DNA of 38,862 nucleotides from Thermoplasmatales archaeon SW_10_69_26 (GTDB lineage: Archaea; Thermoplasmatota; SW-10-69-26). The stretch covers positions 1 to 38,862 of the forward strand of contig PXUB01000040.1 in NCBI GenBank assembly GCA_003009755.1. Direction: 5' to 3'. How positions within the stretch are numbered: the first letter of the stretch is position 1; the number at the start of each line of letters is the position of its first letter. The notes beneath the pieces were generated by a model. That model made no database searches and was not told the origin of the DNA. It saw only the letters and a program-made list of their open reading frames with translations. Position numbers and translations under genes: made by a program. Positions 8,411-18,013 of this stretch are shown here, piece by piece.

Positions 8411-9952
8411 CTACCACCGCATGGGCTCCTCTCTGAGCCACTCGACGTCGCTCATGTACAGATCGCGGATGTCGTCCAGCCCGAGCACGACCATCGCCAA
8501 CCGTTCCAGGCCCAGGCCCCAGGCGAGCACGGGCACGTCCACGCCCAAGGGCTCGGTGACCTCGGGGCGGAAGATGCCGGCGCCGCCCATCTCGAGCCAC
8601 TCGTCGTTGTAGACGACCTCGACCTCGAGGCTGGGCTCGGTGTACGGGAAGTAGGCTGGACGCACGCGCACGTCGTCGAAGCCCATCTTCTCGTAGAAGG
8701 TCTCCAGCAGGCCGACGAGCATGTCGAGGCTGGCGTCCTCCTCGACGACGATGCCCTCGACCTGGTGGAACTCCGGCAGGTGGGTCGCGTCGATCTTCTC
8801 CTTGCGGAACACGCGCCCGATCTCGAACACGCGCTGGGGCGCCTCGGGGTTCTGCGCCAACCGCGTGATTGTGTCGACCGTCGTGTGGGTGCGCAACAGC
8901 GTGCGGCGGGCCTCCTCGCGGCTCCAGTCGCCGCCCCAGCCCTTCGAGCCGGTGTCGCCGCCGGCCTCGTGCACGGCCTCGACCTTCTCGACGACCTCGG
9001 GATCGTTCAGATCGGTCTCGTCGTGGGGATCGGCCAGGTAGAAGGTGTCCTGCATCTCGCGAGCCGGGTGGTCTTGCGGGATGAACAGAGCGTCGAGGTT
9101 ACAGAACGCCGAGCGGGCGTAGTGGCCGCCGAGCTCGTGGAACCCCATGTCGAGGTAGATGCGGCGGATCTTCTCGATGATGTCCCGCATCGGGTGCCGC
9201 TTGCCGGGGTGCTCGGCGCTGGCGAAGGCCTTGACGTCGTAGGAGCGGATGTCGGCGTCCTTCCAGGCGCCGGATTGGAGGATCTCGGGCGTGAGCTGGG
9301 TGATCTGCTCGGTGATCGCCAGATCGCGGGCGGCGACCTGTGAGCCCTCGGAGGTCAAGCGGACGCTGCGGATCGCCTCGTCGCGCTTGTTGAACAGGTC
9401 CGGGCGCGTGGCGAAGTGCTCGAACCCGTCCTCCTCGATGCCGCGCAGCTCCTCCTCGCTGGCCTCGCCCTCGGCCAACCGGGCCAAGATCGGCTCCTCG
9501 GGCAGCTGGCCGTCGGCGGCGTCCTCGCCGGCCTCGGTCAGCCGGATCGTGCCTTGGTCGATCTCGACCAGGTGCTTGGACTTCAGCTGGCCGATGGCGA
9601 CGCCGCGCTCGTGCTCCTCGAGCGTCTCGTGCGTGGTCAGCGTCTGCATCGGGCACTCGCCGCCGGCTTCGGACAGGACCCGCAGCGCGCGCCGCTCGGG
9701 CAGCTCGTTCGCCACGCAGTGGCGGCCCTCGTCGGTCAGCCGGAACATCCGACGCACGTTCTCGTCCTGGCGGACCAGGCCTTTGGATTCCAGCCACGAG
9801 GAGGCGTTCATGACCTCGACGAGCTCGTCGAGCTCGGTCTCGGCGACCAGGTCCTCGGGTTGGATCTCGCCCGTCTCGCGGAGGGCGTCGAGAACGTGTT
9901 TCTCCTCGTTCGTGAGCGTCTCGACGACGTCGGCGATCTCGTCCTCGTCCAT
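8411..9952 (-). CDS. pheS: Phenylalanine--tRNA ligase alpha subunit, archaeal long form
   Basis: QDHPAREMQDTFY, LLRTHTT, THLPEFHQVEG, YFPYTEPS, WGLGLERLAM; N-terminal extension; ATG 9952. Confidence 0.96.
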   Translation of the reverse strand: MDEDEIADVVETLTNEEKHVLDALRETGEIQPEDLVAETELDELVEVMNASSWLESKGLVRQDENVRRMFRLTDEGRHCVANELPERRALRVLSEAGGECPMQTLTTHETLEEHERGVAIGQLKSKHLVEIDQGTIRLTEAGEDAADGQLPEEPILARLAEGEASEEELRGIEEDGFEHFATRPDLFNKRDEAIRSVRLTSEGSQVAARDLAITEQITQLTPEILQSGAWKDADIRSYDVKAFASAEHPGKRHPMRDIIEKIRRIYLDMGFHELGGHYARSAFCNLDALFIPQDHPAREMQDTFYLADPHDETDLNDPEVVEKVEAVHEAGGDTGSKGWGGDWSREEARRTLLRTHTTVDTITRLAQNPEAPQRVFEIGRVFRKEKIDATHLPEFHQVEGIVVEEDASLDMLVGLLETFYEKMGFDDVRVRPAYFPYTEPSLEVEVVYNDEWLEMGGAGIFRPEVTEPLGVDVPVLAWGLGLERLAMVVLGLDDIRDLYMSDVEWLREEPMRW

Positions 9953-9954
9953 CC

Positions 9955-11325
9955 TCACTCCTCCCGAACGAGCTGGTCGATGGCGGCTTCGGCCTCGGCG
10001 CGGTCGCTTTCGTGCTCGTTCAGCATCGCGTCGGCTCGCTCCTTGGCGATGCCCTTGCACTCCCCGCAGAGGATGTCCCCGCCCGAGCAGCGGGCCTCGA
10101 TGTCCTCGAGGTCCTCGTCGTCGGGCATCAGGTGGTAGGTGTACAGCTCGAAGATCGGGCACTCGTAGGGGTTGGCGCCCTCCTTGCGCTGCTCTTCGGC
10201 CGTCGGCTTGCCGCCCGTCTTGGCCTGGTTGATCTTGTCCTCGGCCGTGGCGGGCGGGTCGGAGAGGAAGATCGCGGTTTCGGGCGCGCTGGAGCTCATC
10301 TTGTCGCCGGTGAGCCCGGTCTGGAACCGGTGGTAGGTCGAGGCGGGCGCGATCAGACCCAGCTCGCCCAGGTCCTGTTCGCGTCGGGCCAGCGGGACGT
10401 CGATCTTGAAGCGATCCTCGGCCGTGGCAGCGGGCGCATACAGGGCGCGGTAGCCGACGTTCGTCTCGAGGTCGGCGAAGCCCAGATCCGTGAGCACGTC
10501 GGCGGCCTCGTCCAGCAGGTGCTCGACGATGTCGTCCTCGGCGACGCCGATCCGCTCGGCAACGCGGGCCAGGTTGCGATCCGCCTCGTCGGACTTGACG
10601 AAGACGCCCAGCCCGTGCTCGGTGTCCTTGATCGAGAACAACCGCGTGGCCTCGGCGAGGTCACGGGTCAGGCGGATGTGGGGGTCCTGGTCGACCCCGA
10701 CGGGGACCAGCGTGGGTCGGGACTGGCCGTACTCGGGCAGCTGGGGATGCAGGATGTCGGCGGCTTGCACGAGCGGGGACAGCATGTGGCTCATCGAGTC
10801 CTCACCGTCGAACCCGTACAGGGCCTGCATCTTGGACAGGTTGACGCGGTCGGCGAGCAGGAACGCCAGCCGCTGCACCGGCGATCGCTTGGACTGGAAG
10901 TAGACCTGCGCGTCGTCGGGGTCGAGTCCGAGCGCGAGGTAGTTCTTCGCATACTCCTCGAGCGCGAGCTCGCGGCCCTCCTCGAGATCGATGCCCCGGG
11001 TCGCGTAGGCTTCGAGATCCGCGACGCCGACGAACACCTCGGCACCGACGTCCTGGAAGTACGTGACCTGGTCGAGCACCATCTTGTGGCCCAAGTGCAT
11101 CTGCCCGCTGGGCATCAGGCCCGTCATCACCGCCCAATCCTCGTCGAAGCGGATCGCGCGCTCGACGGGCTGGAACCCACGGTGGGCGAACACGATGCCG
11201 CGCCGGAACAGCGAGGGCGGATCGGGCAGCTCGTCCACGACCCCCTCGAAGGACGCCAGCCCGAACTCGTCCCGCAGGCGGTCGTAGTCGGCGAACTGGT
11301 GGGAGGACCACGGATCGATTTGCAA
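9955..11325 (-). CDS. trpS: Tryptophan--tRNA ligase
   Basis: PSGQMHLGH (HIGH), VPVGVDQDPH, KMSSS, CGECK. TTG start inferred from the IDPW motif and an upstream TATA-like box. Confidence 0.94.
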   Translation of the reverse strand: MQIDPWSSHQFADYDRLRDEFGLASFEGVVDELPDPPSLFRRGIVFAHRGFQPVERAIRFDEDWAVMTGLMPSGQMHLGHKMVLDQVTYFQDVGAEVFVGVADLEAYATRGIDLEEGRELALEEYAKNYLALGLDPDDAQVYFQSKRSPVQRLAFLLADRVNLSKMQALYGFDGEDSMSHMLSPLVQAADILHPQLPEYGQSRPTLVPVGVDQDPHIRLTRDLAEATRLFSIKDTEHGLGVFVKSDEADRNLARVAERIGVAEDDIVEHLLDEAADVLTDLGFADLETNVGYRALYAPAATAEDRFKIDVPLARREQDLGELGLIAPASTYHRFQTGLTGDKMSSSAPETAIFLSDPPATAEDKINQAKTGGKPTAEEQRKEGANPYECPIFELYTYHLMPDDEDLEDIEARCSGGDILCGECKGIAKERADAMLNEHESDRAEAEAAIDQLVREE

Positions 11326-11351
11326 CGTGGCCCGAGCCAGGATAGGGAGGG

Positions 11352-11358
11352 TATCAAA
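11352..11358 (-). promoter_or_regulatory. Putative TATA box (TTTGATA) for trpS-pheS
   Basis: About 27-33 nt upstream of the inferred TTG start. Confidence 0.45.
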
Positions 11359-11420
11359 GGGTTGCGGTGCCGGCCGGGAGGAGGGCAGAGGTGAGAGAGG
11401 GCGCAAAGCGCCGATCCCGA

Positions 11421-11460
11421 TCACAGAGGCACGGAGGCGCAGAGGATCCCACAGAGACGG
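11421..11460 (+). repeat. CACAGAG/CACGGAG-type short repeat cluster
   Basis: TCACAGAGGCACGGAGG CGCAGAGG ... CACAGAGACGG; the 17-mer recurs inverted at 13477-13493. Confidence 0.65.
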
Positions 11461-11642
11461 GCGGGTGAGGGGGAGCAGACGGAGGACAAGCAAGCGAGGG
11501 GGGCGCAGGGTCACCGGACGGTGTGGACCCAAGGAACCGGGCCCCAAGCCGGGGTTCACGGGGCAACCAAGCGATGATTGGGGTGGGCAAGCCCTCGGCT
11601 CGGCCGAACCCTATTTAGGGGAAAAGCGTTAGCCGGGACGCG

Positions 11643-13223
11643 ATGGACGTTCGCCCCACGGACAGCCACTGGCCACGTGATCTGGAGCCGGTGGCCATCA
11701 TCGGAGCGGGGGGATCCGGCCTTGCCCTGGCCGAGTTGGCCCTCCACTTCGGGTACCCGACGAGGATCGTCGACACAGACAAGAGCAAGCTCAAGAAGGT
11801 CCGCGATCGGGTCGCCGGCAAGCTCGGCGACCTGAAGGACAAGGGCCTTCTCCACGACGACGTGGACACCTTCCTCGACGGGCTCACGACGACCAGCTCG
11901 CTGGAGGAGGCTGTCGAAGACGCCGGCATCATCGTCGAGGCCCTCCCGGAGGATCTCGACCTCAAGCGCGGCGCCTTCGAGAAGCTCGCCGACGCCGACG
12001 GAGACCCCGTCATCGGGACGGACACCTCGCTGTTCTCCGTCAGCGAGGTCGCCGAGGGCAACCCGGCGGCCGACCGCATCGTCGGCACGCACTTCTACGG
12101 GCTCGGCCGCCAGATGCCGCACGTAGAGATCATCCGTGGGGACAAGACCAGCGAGGGGACCGTCGATCGCGCCGAGGAGTTCGTCCGCGGCATCGGCAAG
12201 GACTACGCCATCGTCGGCAAGGACGAGCCCGGCTTCGTCACGACGCGCGTCCTCTCGCGCCTGTTCCACCGCTGCGCCGAGGCGACCGAGGACGACGACG
12301 TCGAACCGGCCCGCATCGACGCCGGCTTCCGCGAGCTCGGCTTCCCGCGTGGCCCGTTCCAGCTGATGGACGAGATCGGGCTCGACCGGGTCGAGCTCGT
12401 CGCCGAGCACCTCGACGGCGAGGCGCCCGACGCGATCGGCGAGCTCGTCGAAGAGGACAAGCTGGGCAAGAAGACCGGCGTCGGCTGGTACGAGGGCCCG
12501 CCGCCCCGCGACGTCGAACCGGCCGACCCCTGGCCCTACCTGCCCGACTTCCTCGTCGAAGCCGCCCGCATGGTCGAGGAGGACTTCGCCGACGCCCAGA
12601 CCGTCGATCGCCTGCTCCGCCTGGGCGCCAAGTGCCCCGGCGGCCCGTTCCAGCTCGTCCACAAGAAGGGTCTGGACGAGATCGTCGAGCTCGCCGAGGA
12701 CAACGACGTCGACCCCTCGCCGCTCGAATCGATCGAGCTCCCCGAGGAGACGAACGGCGTCGAGGTCCACCAAGCCGGCGACCTCACGCTCATCAAGTTC
12801 GTGCAAAGCCACCGCGGCAACCGCCTCACGGAGGAGGCCGCCGACGCGTTCGCCTCCGCCGTCTGGGAGGTCGACGGCCCGCTCGTCATCGCCAGCGAGG
12901 GTCGCTACTTCCTGCACCCCGACCAGGAGCGCTTCCCCGACGAGACCCTGGACGCGCTGCGCAAGACGGAAAGCGTCGCGCTGCTCCACGGTCCCCTCGG
13001 TGGTGGCGCCATGAGCGTCGCCCGCGCCTGCCGACGACGCGTGGCCCGCGTCGACGCCGCGATCGGCATCGACCGTCCCGTGCCCGCCACGCGCGCCGTG
13101 CAGCTCGAGCTCGTCGACGCCGTCGCGCACCCGCTGTGGCTCAACAGGGCGGTCAAGAGCGTGCTCGGCACAGTCGCCGACGTCAGCGAGCGCAGCCTCG
13201 ACCGCCTGCTCGAGAACCTGTAA
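11643..13223 (+). CDS. 3-hydroxyacyl-CoA dehydrogenase fused to a degenerate crotonase-like domain
   Basis: IIGAGGSG Rossmann motif, VEALPEDLDLK, GTHF, duplicated GPFQL dimerisation repeat, GKKTGVGWY; shortened ECH-like C-terminus. Confidence 0.85.
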   Translation: MDVRPTDSHWPRDLEPVAIIGAGGSGLALAELALHFGYPTRIVDTDKSKLKKVRDRVAGKLGDLKDKGLLHDDVDTFLDGLTTTSSLEEAVEDAGIIVEALPEDLDLKRGAFEKLADADGDPVIGTDTSLFSVSEVAEGNPAADRIVGTHFYGLGRQMPHVEIIRGDKTSEGTVDRAEEFVRGIGKDYAIVGKDEPGFVTTRVLSRLFHRCAEATEDDDVEPARIDAGFRELGFPRGPFQLMDEIGLDRVELVAEHLDGEAPDAIGELVEEDKLGKKTGVGWYEGPPPRDVEPADPWPYLPDFLVEAARMVEEDFADAQTVDRLLRLGAKCPGGPFQLVHKKGLDEIVELAEDNDVDPSPLESIELPEETNGVEVHQAGDLTLIKFVQSHRGNRLTEEAADAFASAVWEVDGPLVIASEGRYFLHPDQERFPDETLDALRKTESVALLHGPLGGGAMSVARACRRRVARVDAAIGIDRPVPATRAVQLELVDAVAHPLWLNRAVKSVLGTVADVSERSLDRLLENL

Positions 13224-13476
13224 GGGTTCCGCGAGCGCGGTGTCCGCGCACAGAGCCCCAGAGGCTCGTGGGTACAGAGGCTGGACAGGGAAAGGGTGGA
13301 TCGGATGGGGAGCTCCGGCCGCCTCGATAGCTGAGGGAGGGGGGTCGGGCCCCTCCGAGGCATCACGTCTGCGACGATCTGATCGAGCACGACGGGGGGG
13401 AGCTCACACCGCTCGGCCTCCGCGGCCGGTTGCTGCGCTCCGCCGACCAGCTCCGTCCTCTCGACCGTCGTTCGGT

Positions 13477-13512
13477 CCTCCGTGCCTCTGTGACTCCGTG
13501 TCTCTGTGTGGT
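13477..13512 (-). repeat. CACAGAG/CACGGAG-type short repeat cluster
   Basis: Minus strand reads ACCACACAGAGACACGGAGTCACAGAGGCACGGAGG. Confidence 0.65.
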
Positions 13513-13532
13513 CACCGTCGAGGGCGACTGCG

Positions 13533-14582
13533 TCACGGTCCGAGTTCCGCCAGCACGTCGTCGGTGTGCTCGCCCAGCCCCGGCGCGCCCTCGAGATCCG
13601 ACTCGCCGTCGACGCCGGGCGGGTCGGTGCTGGCCAGCTCCAAGGGCTTGGCGAGGGCCTCCTGCGTCGAGCGGACGGGAGCACACGGGACACCGGCCTC
13701 GCGCAGCCGTGACAGCCAGGCTTCCCGCGGCTGGCGGGCGATGCGGTCGGCGAGGATCTCGCGCGCCTTCGCCGGGTCCTCGGGATCGACGGGATCGCCG
13801 AGCGCGTGCAGCTCGCGGTCGCCGATCGCCATGCAAAGGCCCTGCCAGTAGTCCGGCTCGAGCGCGCCGATCGCCAGCCAGTGGCCGTTCTCGCACTCGT
13901 ACACATCGTAGCCGGGATGGCCGCCGGTCAGCGGGTCCTCGCCGCCGGCGACACCGATCGCGTCCTGGACGATCGCCGGGGCCTGCAGGGCGCCGGTGAG
14001 GCTGGGCTCCAGCTGGTGGCAACCCGTCGCGTGGAGGTGGGAGACGGCCAGCAGGGCAGCCCACAGCGCGCTCGTGGCGTCGGCGGTGGGCAGGTTGGGC
14101 AGCCGGGGGCGCTCGTCGTCGAGGGTGCCGGCCCACGCCTGGTAGGTGAGATCGTGACCGGGCTCGCCGGCCATGGGGCCCTCGGGTCCGAACCCGCTGA
14201 TGCGGACGTAGACGAGGTCCTCGCGGTCCTCGGCCAGCGTGTCGAACCCGACCGCGAGGTCCTCGGAGACGCCGGGCCGGTAGCCGTCGATCACGACGTC
14301 CGAACGGTCGGCGAGCGCGCGGTAGGTCTCGACGTCCTCGTCGTCCTCGAGGTCGAGCTGGACGCTCTTCTTCGATCGGTTGAGGGCGCAGAAGACCGCG
14401 CCGGTCTCTCCCTCGTCCACGAACGGGGGAAGGTTGCGCGTGGCATCGCCCAGCGGGGATTCGACCTTGAGGACCTCGGCGCCGAGCTCGGCCAGCACCA
14501 GCCCCGCGTAGGGGCCGGGGAACAGGTGGGCGAACTCGAGCACGCGCACGCCGTCGAGGGGCGTGGTCTCGCGAGACGACAC
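13533..14582 (-). CDS. CaiB/BaiF family III CoA-transferase (AMACR-like)
   Basis: PLDGVRVLEF..PGPY..LAELGAEVLKVE, NRSKKSVQLDL, GHDLTY, PGLGEHTDDVL; GTG start inferred. Confidence 0.92.
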   Translation of the reverse strand: MSSRETTPLDGVRVLEFAHLFPGPYAGLVLAELGAEVLKVESPLGDATRNLPPFVDEGETGAVFCALNRSKKSVQLDLEDDEDVETYRALADRSDVVIDGYRPGVSEDLAVGFDTLAEDREDLVYVRISGFGPEGPMAGEPGHDLTYQAWAGTLDDERPRLPNLPTADATSALWAALLAVSHLHATGCHQLEPSLTGALQAPAIVQDAIGVAGGEDPLTGGHPGYDVYECENGHWLAIGALEPDYWQGLCMAIGDRELHALGDPVDPEDPAKAREILADRIARQPREAWLSRLREAGVPCAPVRSTQEALAKPLELASTDPPGVDGESDLEGAPGLGEHTDDVLAELGP

Positions 14583-14732
14583 GCGCCAGGCAACGGCGCG
14601 CGGCGGGTTACCGTTTTCGCCGGCCGAGCCGCCGGTCGCTCGCCTCAGCGATGGACGCCCGCTCGGCCCGTTCGATGGCGATACGGAAGGCTTATCCTCT
14701 GGCAGGCTGGTCCACCTCGCGGTGCCGTTGGG

Positions 14733-15665
14733 GTGATCTGGTGCGAGGGGTTCTCCCGGTCGTTCGGGGAGCACGAGGCCGTCGTCGGGGTCGACCTCGA
14801 CATCGACGAGGGCGAGGTGTTCGGGTTCCTGGGCCCCAACGGCGCGGGGAAGACGACCACCACGCGGATGCTCACCACCCTGCTGGAGCCGGACACCGGC
14901 GAGGCGCGCGTGGCCGGGTACGATCCTGTGACCGAGCCCCTCGAGGTGCGCCGCCGGATCGGGTACGTTCCGGACGAGCTGCCGGTATACGAGCGCCGAA
15001 CCGCGCGCGAGTTCCTGCGGTTGTTCGCCCACCTGGAAGGCATGGACCGGCGCGAGGCGAATCGGCAGGCCGAGACGCTGCTGGAGCGCGTCGGGTTGCC
15101 GGACGTGGCTGGGAAGCCGGTCGGCCAGTTCAGCAAGGGCATGAAGCAGCGGCTGGGCCTGGCCCGGGCGCTGCTCGGCGACCCGGAGGTCCTGTTCCTC
15201 GACGAGCCGGCCTCGGGCCTGGACCCGATGGGCCAACGCGAGATCCGGTCCTTGATCAAGGAGACCTCCACCGGCGGCGTCACCGTGTTCCTGTGCAGCC
15301 ACGATCTGTCGGAGGTCGAGGAGGTCTGCCAGCGGGTCGCCGTCATCCGGGACGGACGCATCGTGCGCGAGCAGGCGCTCGACCGCGCCCGGCGGACCGT
15401 CATCCGGTTGGATGTGGACGGCCAGCCGCCGACGTTGCGCGAGCGGCTCACGCGCTTGCCGAACCTGCACGCCTACGAATCCGACGGCGAGGTCGTCCGC
15501 GTGACGTTCGAGGGCCCGGTCGACCGACGCGACGTCGCGCGCGCGGCCCAGGAGGGCGGCGCGATCCTGCTCGACATCGAGGAGGAGCAGGTGGACCTCG
15601 AGCGCATCTACGAGGACGCCGTCGTCGACGGTGACGCTACCCGCACCCGGGAGGGGCCACCTTGA
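14733..15665 (+). CDS. ABC exporter ATP-binding subunit
   Basis: Walker A GPNGAGKT, signature FSKGMKQR, Walker B LFLDEP, H-loop SH. Confidence 0.95.
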   Translation: MIWCEGFSRSFGEHEAVVGVDLDIDEGEVFGFLGPNGAGKTTTTRMLTTLLEPDTGEARVAGYDPVTEPLEVRRRIGYVPDELPVYERRTAREFLRLFAHLEGMDRREANRQAETLLERVGLPDVAGKPVGQFSKGMKQRLGLARALLGDPEVLFLDEPASGLDPMGQREIRSLIKETSTGGVTVFLCSHDLSEVEEVCQRVAVIRDGRIVREQALDRARRTVIRLDVDGQPPTLRERLTRLPNLHAYESDGEVVRVTFEGPVDRRDVARAAQEGGAILLDIEEEQVDLERIYEDAVVDGDATRTREGPP

Positions 15666-16423
15666 CGCGGTTCCCGATGGTCGGCAAGGCGACCTACGAG
15701 CTCGTGCTCGACCGTCGCGTCCCGATCGCGTTGCTGCTCGTCTCGGCGTTGTTGACGCTCACGTTCGGGTTCATGACCGGCCAAACGGCGTCGAACCCGG
15801 CCTCCCCGATGGACTTCGTGGAGCCCCTGCGGTTCGTCGGGCCGATCATCGTGGGCCTGTTCGCCATCGCGCTCGCCGGCGACGCGATCTCGCGCGAACG
15901 ACAAGACGGCACGATCCGCCTGTTGTTCACGGCCCCGGCGACGCTCACCCGGTACTGGGCAGCCCTGACCGCGGCCCACGTCCTCGCGTTCGCCACCTTG
16001 ACCGTCGTCACGCTCGCGTTCGCCGCCCTCGTCGGCGTCGTGGCGGGCTGGGTCGCGCTGAAGGCGACCCTCATCTTGGTGGGGCTGGCCCTGTTCCCCC
16101 TGTTCCTGACGCTGGACATGGGCCTGCTCGCCGCGTCGGCCCGGTTCACGAGCGGTCGAACCTCGCTGGTCGTCGCCACGCTGACGGTCGTCGTGCTCTG
16201 GGGCACCGGATCCGTCGGCCCCCTCGGCGAGCTCCTGAAGGGGGTCGACCTCTGGAGCTACGTGAGCCCCTGGCACCCGTTCGACCTCGCCTACGGCGTG
16301 GGTTCCTCGCTCCTCGACGAGGGGATGATCGCCTGGCAGGACGTCGGCAAGGCCTACCTCGAGGCGGCAGCCGCCGCCGGGATCGCCTGGGCGAGCCTGA
16401 TCCGGATGGAGGTGGGCCTGTGA
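15662..16423 (+). CDS. ABC-2 type permease
   Basis: About 6 hydrophobic segments, DAISRERQDGTIRLLFTAP motif; overlaps the ATPase stop. Confidence 0.88.
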   Translation: MTRFPMVGKATYELVLDRRVPIALLLVSALLTLTFGFMTGQTASNPASPMDFVEPLRFVGPIIVGLFAIALAGDAISRERQDGTIRLLFTAPATLTRYWAALTAAHVLAFATLTVVTLAFAALVGVVAGWVALKATLILVGLALFPLFLTLDMGLLAASARFTSGRTSLVVATLTVVVLWGTGSVGPLGELLKGVDLWSYVSPWHPFDLAYGVGSSLLDEGMIAWQDVGKAYLEAAAAAGIAWASLIRMEVGL

Positions 16424-17985
16424 GGCGGCGGCTGACGGTCGCCGCCCTCCTCGTCGCGCTGCTCGCGGCCCCGGCCGCGCTGGCCGCCCACGAGGAGGGG
16501 GATCGTCGGCGCGAGCGGCCCCTCCTCGGCTCGGGACCCCAGATCCTCGTCGAGATTGAGCCCGACCGGACGGCGGTAACCCCGCCCGCCAACGTGTCCG
16601 CCGAGGTCCGGTTCACGGGCAACGCCCGGACCTCGCTCGCGGTCGACGCGACGCTGGGACTGTCCACTCCCCACGGATCGGCCGAACGGGAGGGCGAGGC
16701 CGAGCAGAGATCGGCCCAGCCGGGCGGCGGGCTGGCCAGCTTCCAGCTCGACCTCGACCCGGGCGAGGCGGTCACCCGATCGGTCACCGTCCCCGTCGAC
16801 GGGATCGGCAATTGGCAGATCAACGTCGACGCCGTCACCCGCGACGGCGGCCGGCACCTCTCCACGCACGTGGCCCCGCTCGAGCTCGTCGGCCTCGCAC
16901 CGCTCGAGGTCACCCCGGTCGATGCGCCCGAGCGACGCCTGGTCAGCCTCCCGGATGAACCGGCCACGTACACCGTCCGATTGACCGCGCACGAGGACGC
17001 CAACCTCTCGGACCTCCGGCTCGCCGGCCGAGGGACGGGCGAACCGGCCGAGATCGGCTCCCTCGAACCTGGCTCGTCCACCGAGGTGACGCTCCAACCG
17101 GCCCGGGAAGAGCACGACCCCCGGCGTCCGACCGGCATCGAGAAGACGGTCCTCCTGCCGCGCCTGTCGGGACGGGTCGACGGCGTCGCGTTCCAGCATC
17201 CCCTCCACCTGACCTCCGGCGAGGAGCCCAGCCTCGTCCATCCGCCGGTCTACGTGGTCGCCTCGACGGGTCTGGCGCTGATCCCGCCCGCGGACGCCGA
17301 ACTCGGGTCACCAACCGAGATCGAGCTCGTGTTGGCGAACACGGATGCCTCGCCGGTCCAGGCGACGCCGACCGTCCACATGGAGCCCGAGAGCCTGCCC
17401 AGCCTGACCGAACAGCGCGAGGTCCGGCTCCAGGCCGCCCCCGGCGAGGTCGCGGTCCAGCTGGTCACCTGGACGCCGCCGGCCTCCGGACAGTGGGACC
17501 TCGTGGCCCGCCACGACCTGGGGCGCCACGCCGTGAGCAACGACCTCCACGTGGCCGGCCCGATCCAGCGGGCCGACATCGAGCTCCCCACCCAGACCAT
17601 CGAACGGGGTGAGACGATCGAAGCCACGGTGACGTTCACCGCCGGCGAAGCCACCACGGTGAACGGGTTCTCGCTCACGACGTGGAGCGCACCGAAGGAG
17701 GGGACGATCGGCACGCGGGACATCCTCCGTCTCGAGGGCCCCGGCTCGCTCGACCTCTCGCCCTCGCAGCCGACGGAGACCACGCTGCAGCTGACCGCGC
17801 AGGCCAGCGGGGGCTACCAACTGTTCCTCGTCGCCGAGACCGCCGAAGGCCCCTCGATCCACCGGTTGACGCGCTTGACGGTGGACACGAACGCCGGCGG
17901 CTGGGGTCTGGCCCTGGTGCCGACCGGTCTCCTCCTGGCCGGGCTCGGCTTGCACACGGTCTGGCGCGCCCGTTGGGTCGAGTGA
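16420..17985 (+). CDS. Exported beta-rich (Ig-like) protein with C-terminal membrane anchor
   Basis: GTGA overlap with the permease; signal peptide MRRRLTVAALLVALLAAPAALA; repeated beta-strand patterns; C-terminal TM segment. Confidence 0.8.
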   Translation: MRRRLTVAALLVALLAAPAALAAHEEGDRRRERPLLGSGPQILVEIEPDRTAVTPPANVSAEVRFTGNARTSLAVDATLGLSTPHGSAEREGEAEQRSAQPGGGLASFQLDLDPGEAVTRSVTVPVDGIGNWQINVDAVTRDGGRHLSTHVAPLELVGLAPLEVTPVDAPERRLVSLPDEPATYTVRLTAHEDANLSDLRLAGRGTGEPAEIGSLEPGSSTEVTLQPAREEHDPRRPTGIEKTVLLPRLSGRVDGVAFQHPLHLTSGEEPSLVHPPVYVVASTGLALIPPADAELGSPTEIELVLANTDASPVQATPTVHMEPESLPSLTEQREVRLQAAPGEVAVQLVTWTPPASGQWDLVARHDLGRHAVSNDLHVAGPIQRADIELPTQTIERGETIEATVTFTAGEATTVNGFSLTTWSAPKEGTIGTRDILRLEGPGSLDLSPSQPTETTLQLTAQASGGYQLFLVAETAEGPSIHRLTRLTVDTNAGGWGLALVPTGLLLAGLGLHTVWRARWVE

Positions 17986-18013
17986 TCGCTGCCAGCCGCG
18001 GGCGAGGCGTCCC

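Noticed and set aside
10370-10640. Insertion in TrpRS between DQDPH and KMSSS as a possible intein
   Set aside because: No intein terminal residues (C/S...HN); similar insertions occur in other euryarchaeal TrpRS
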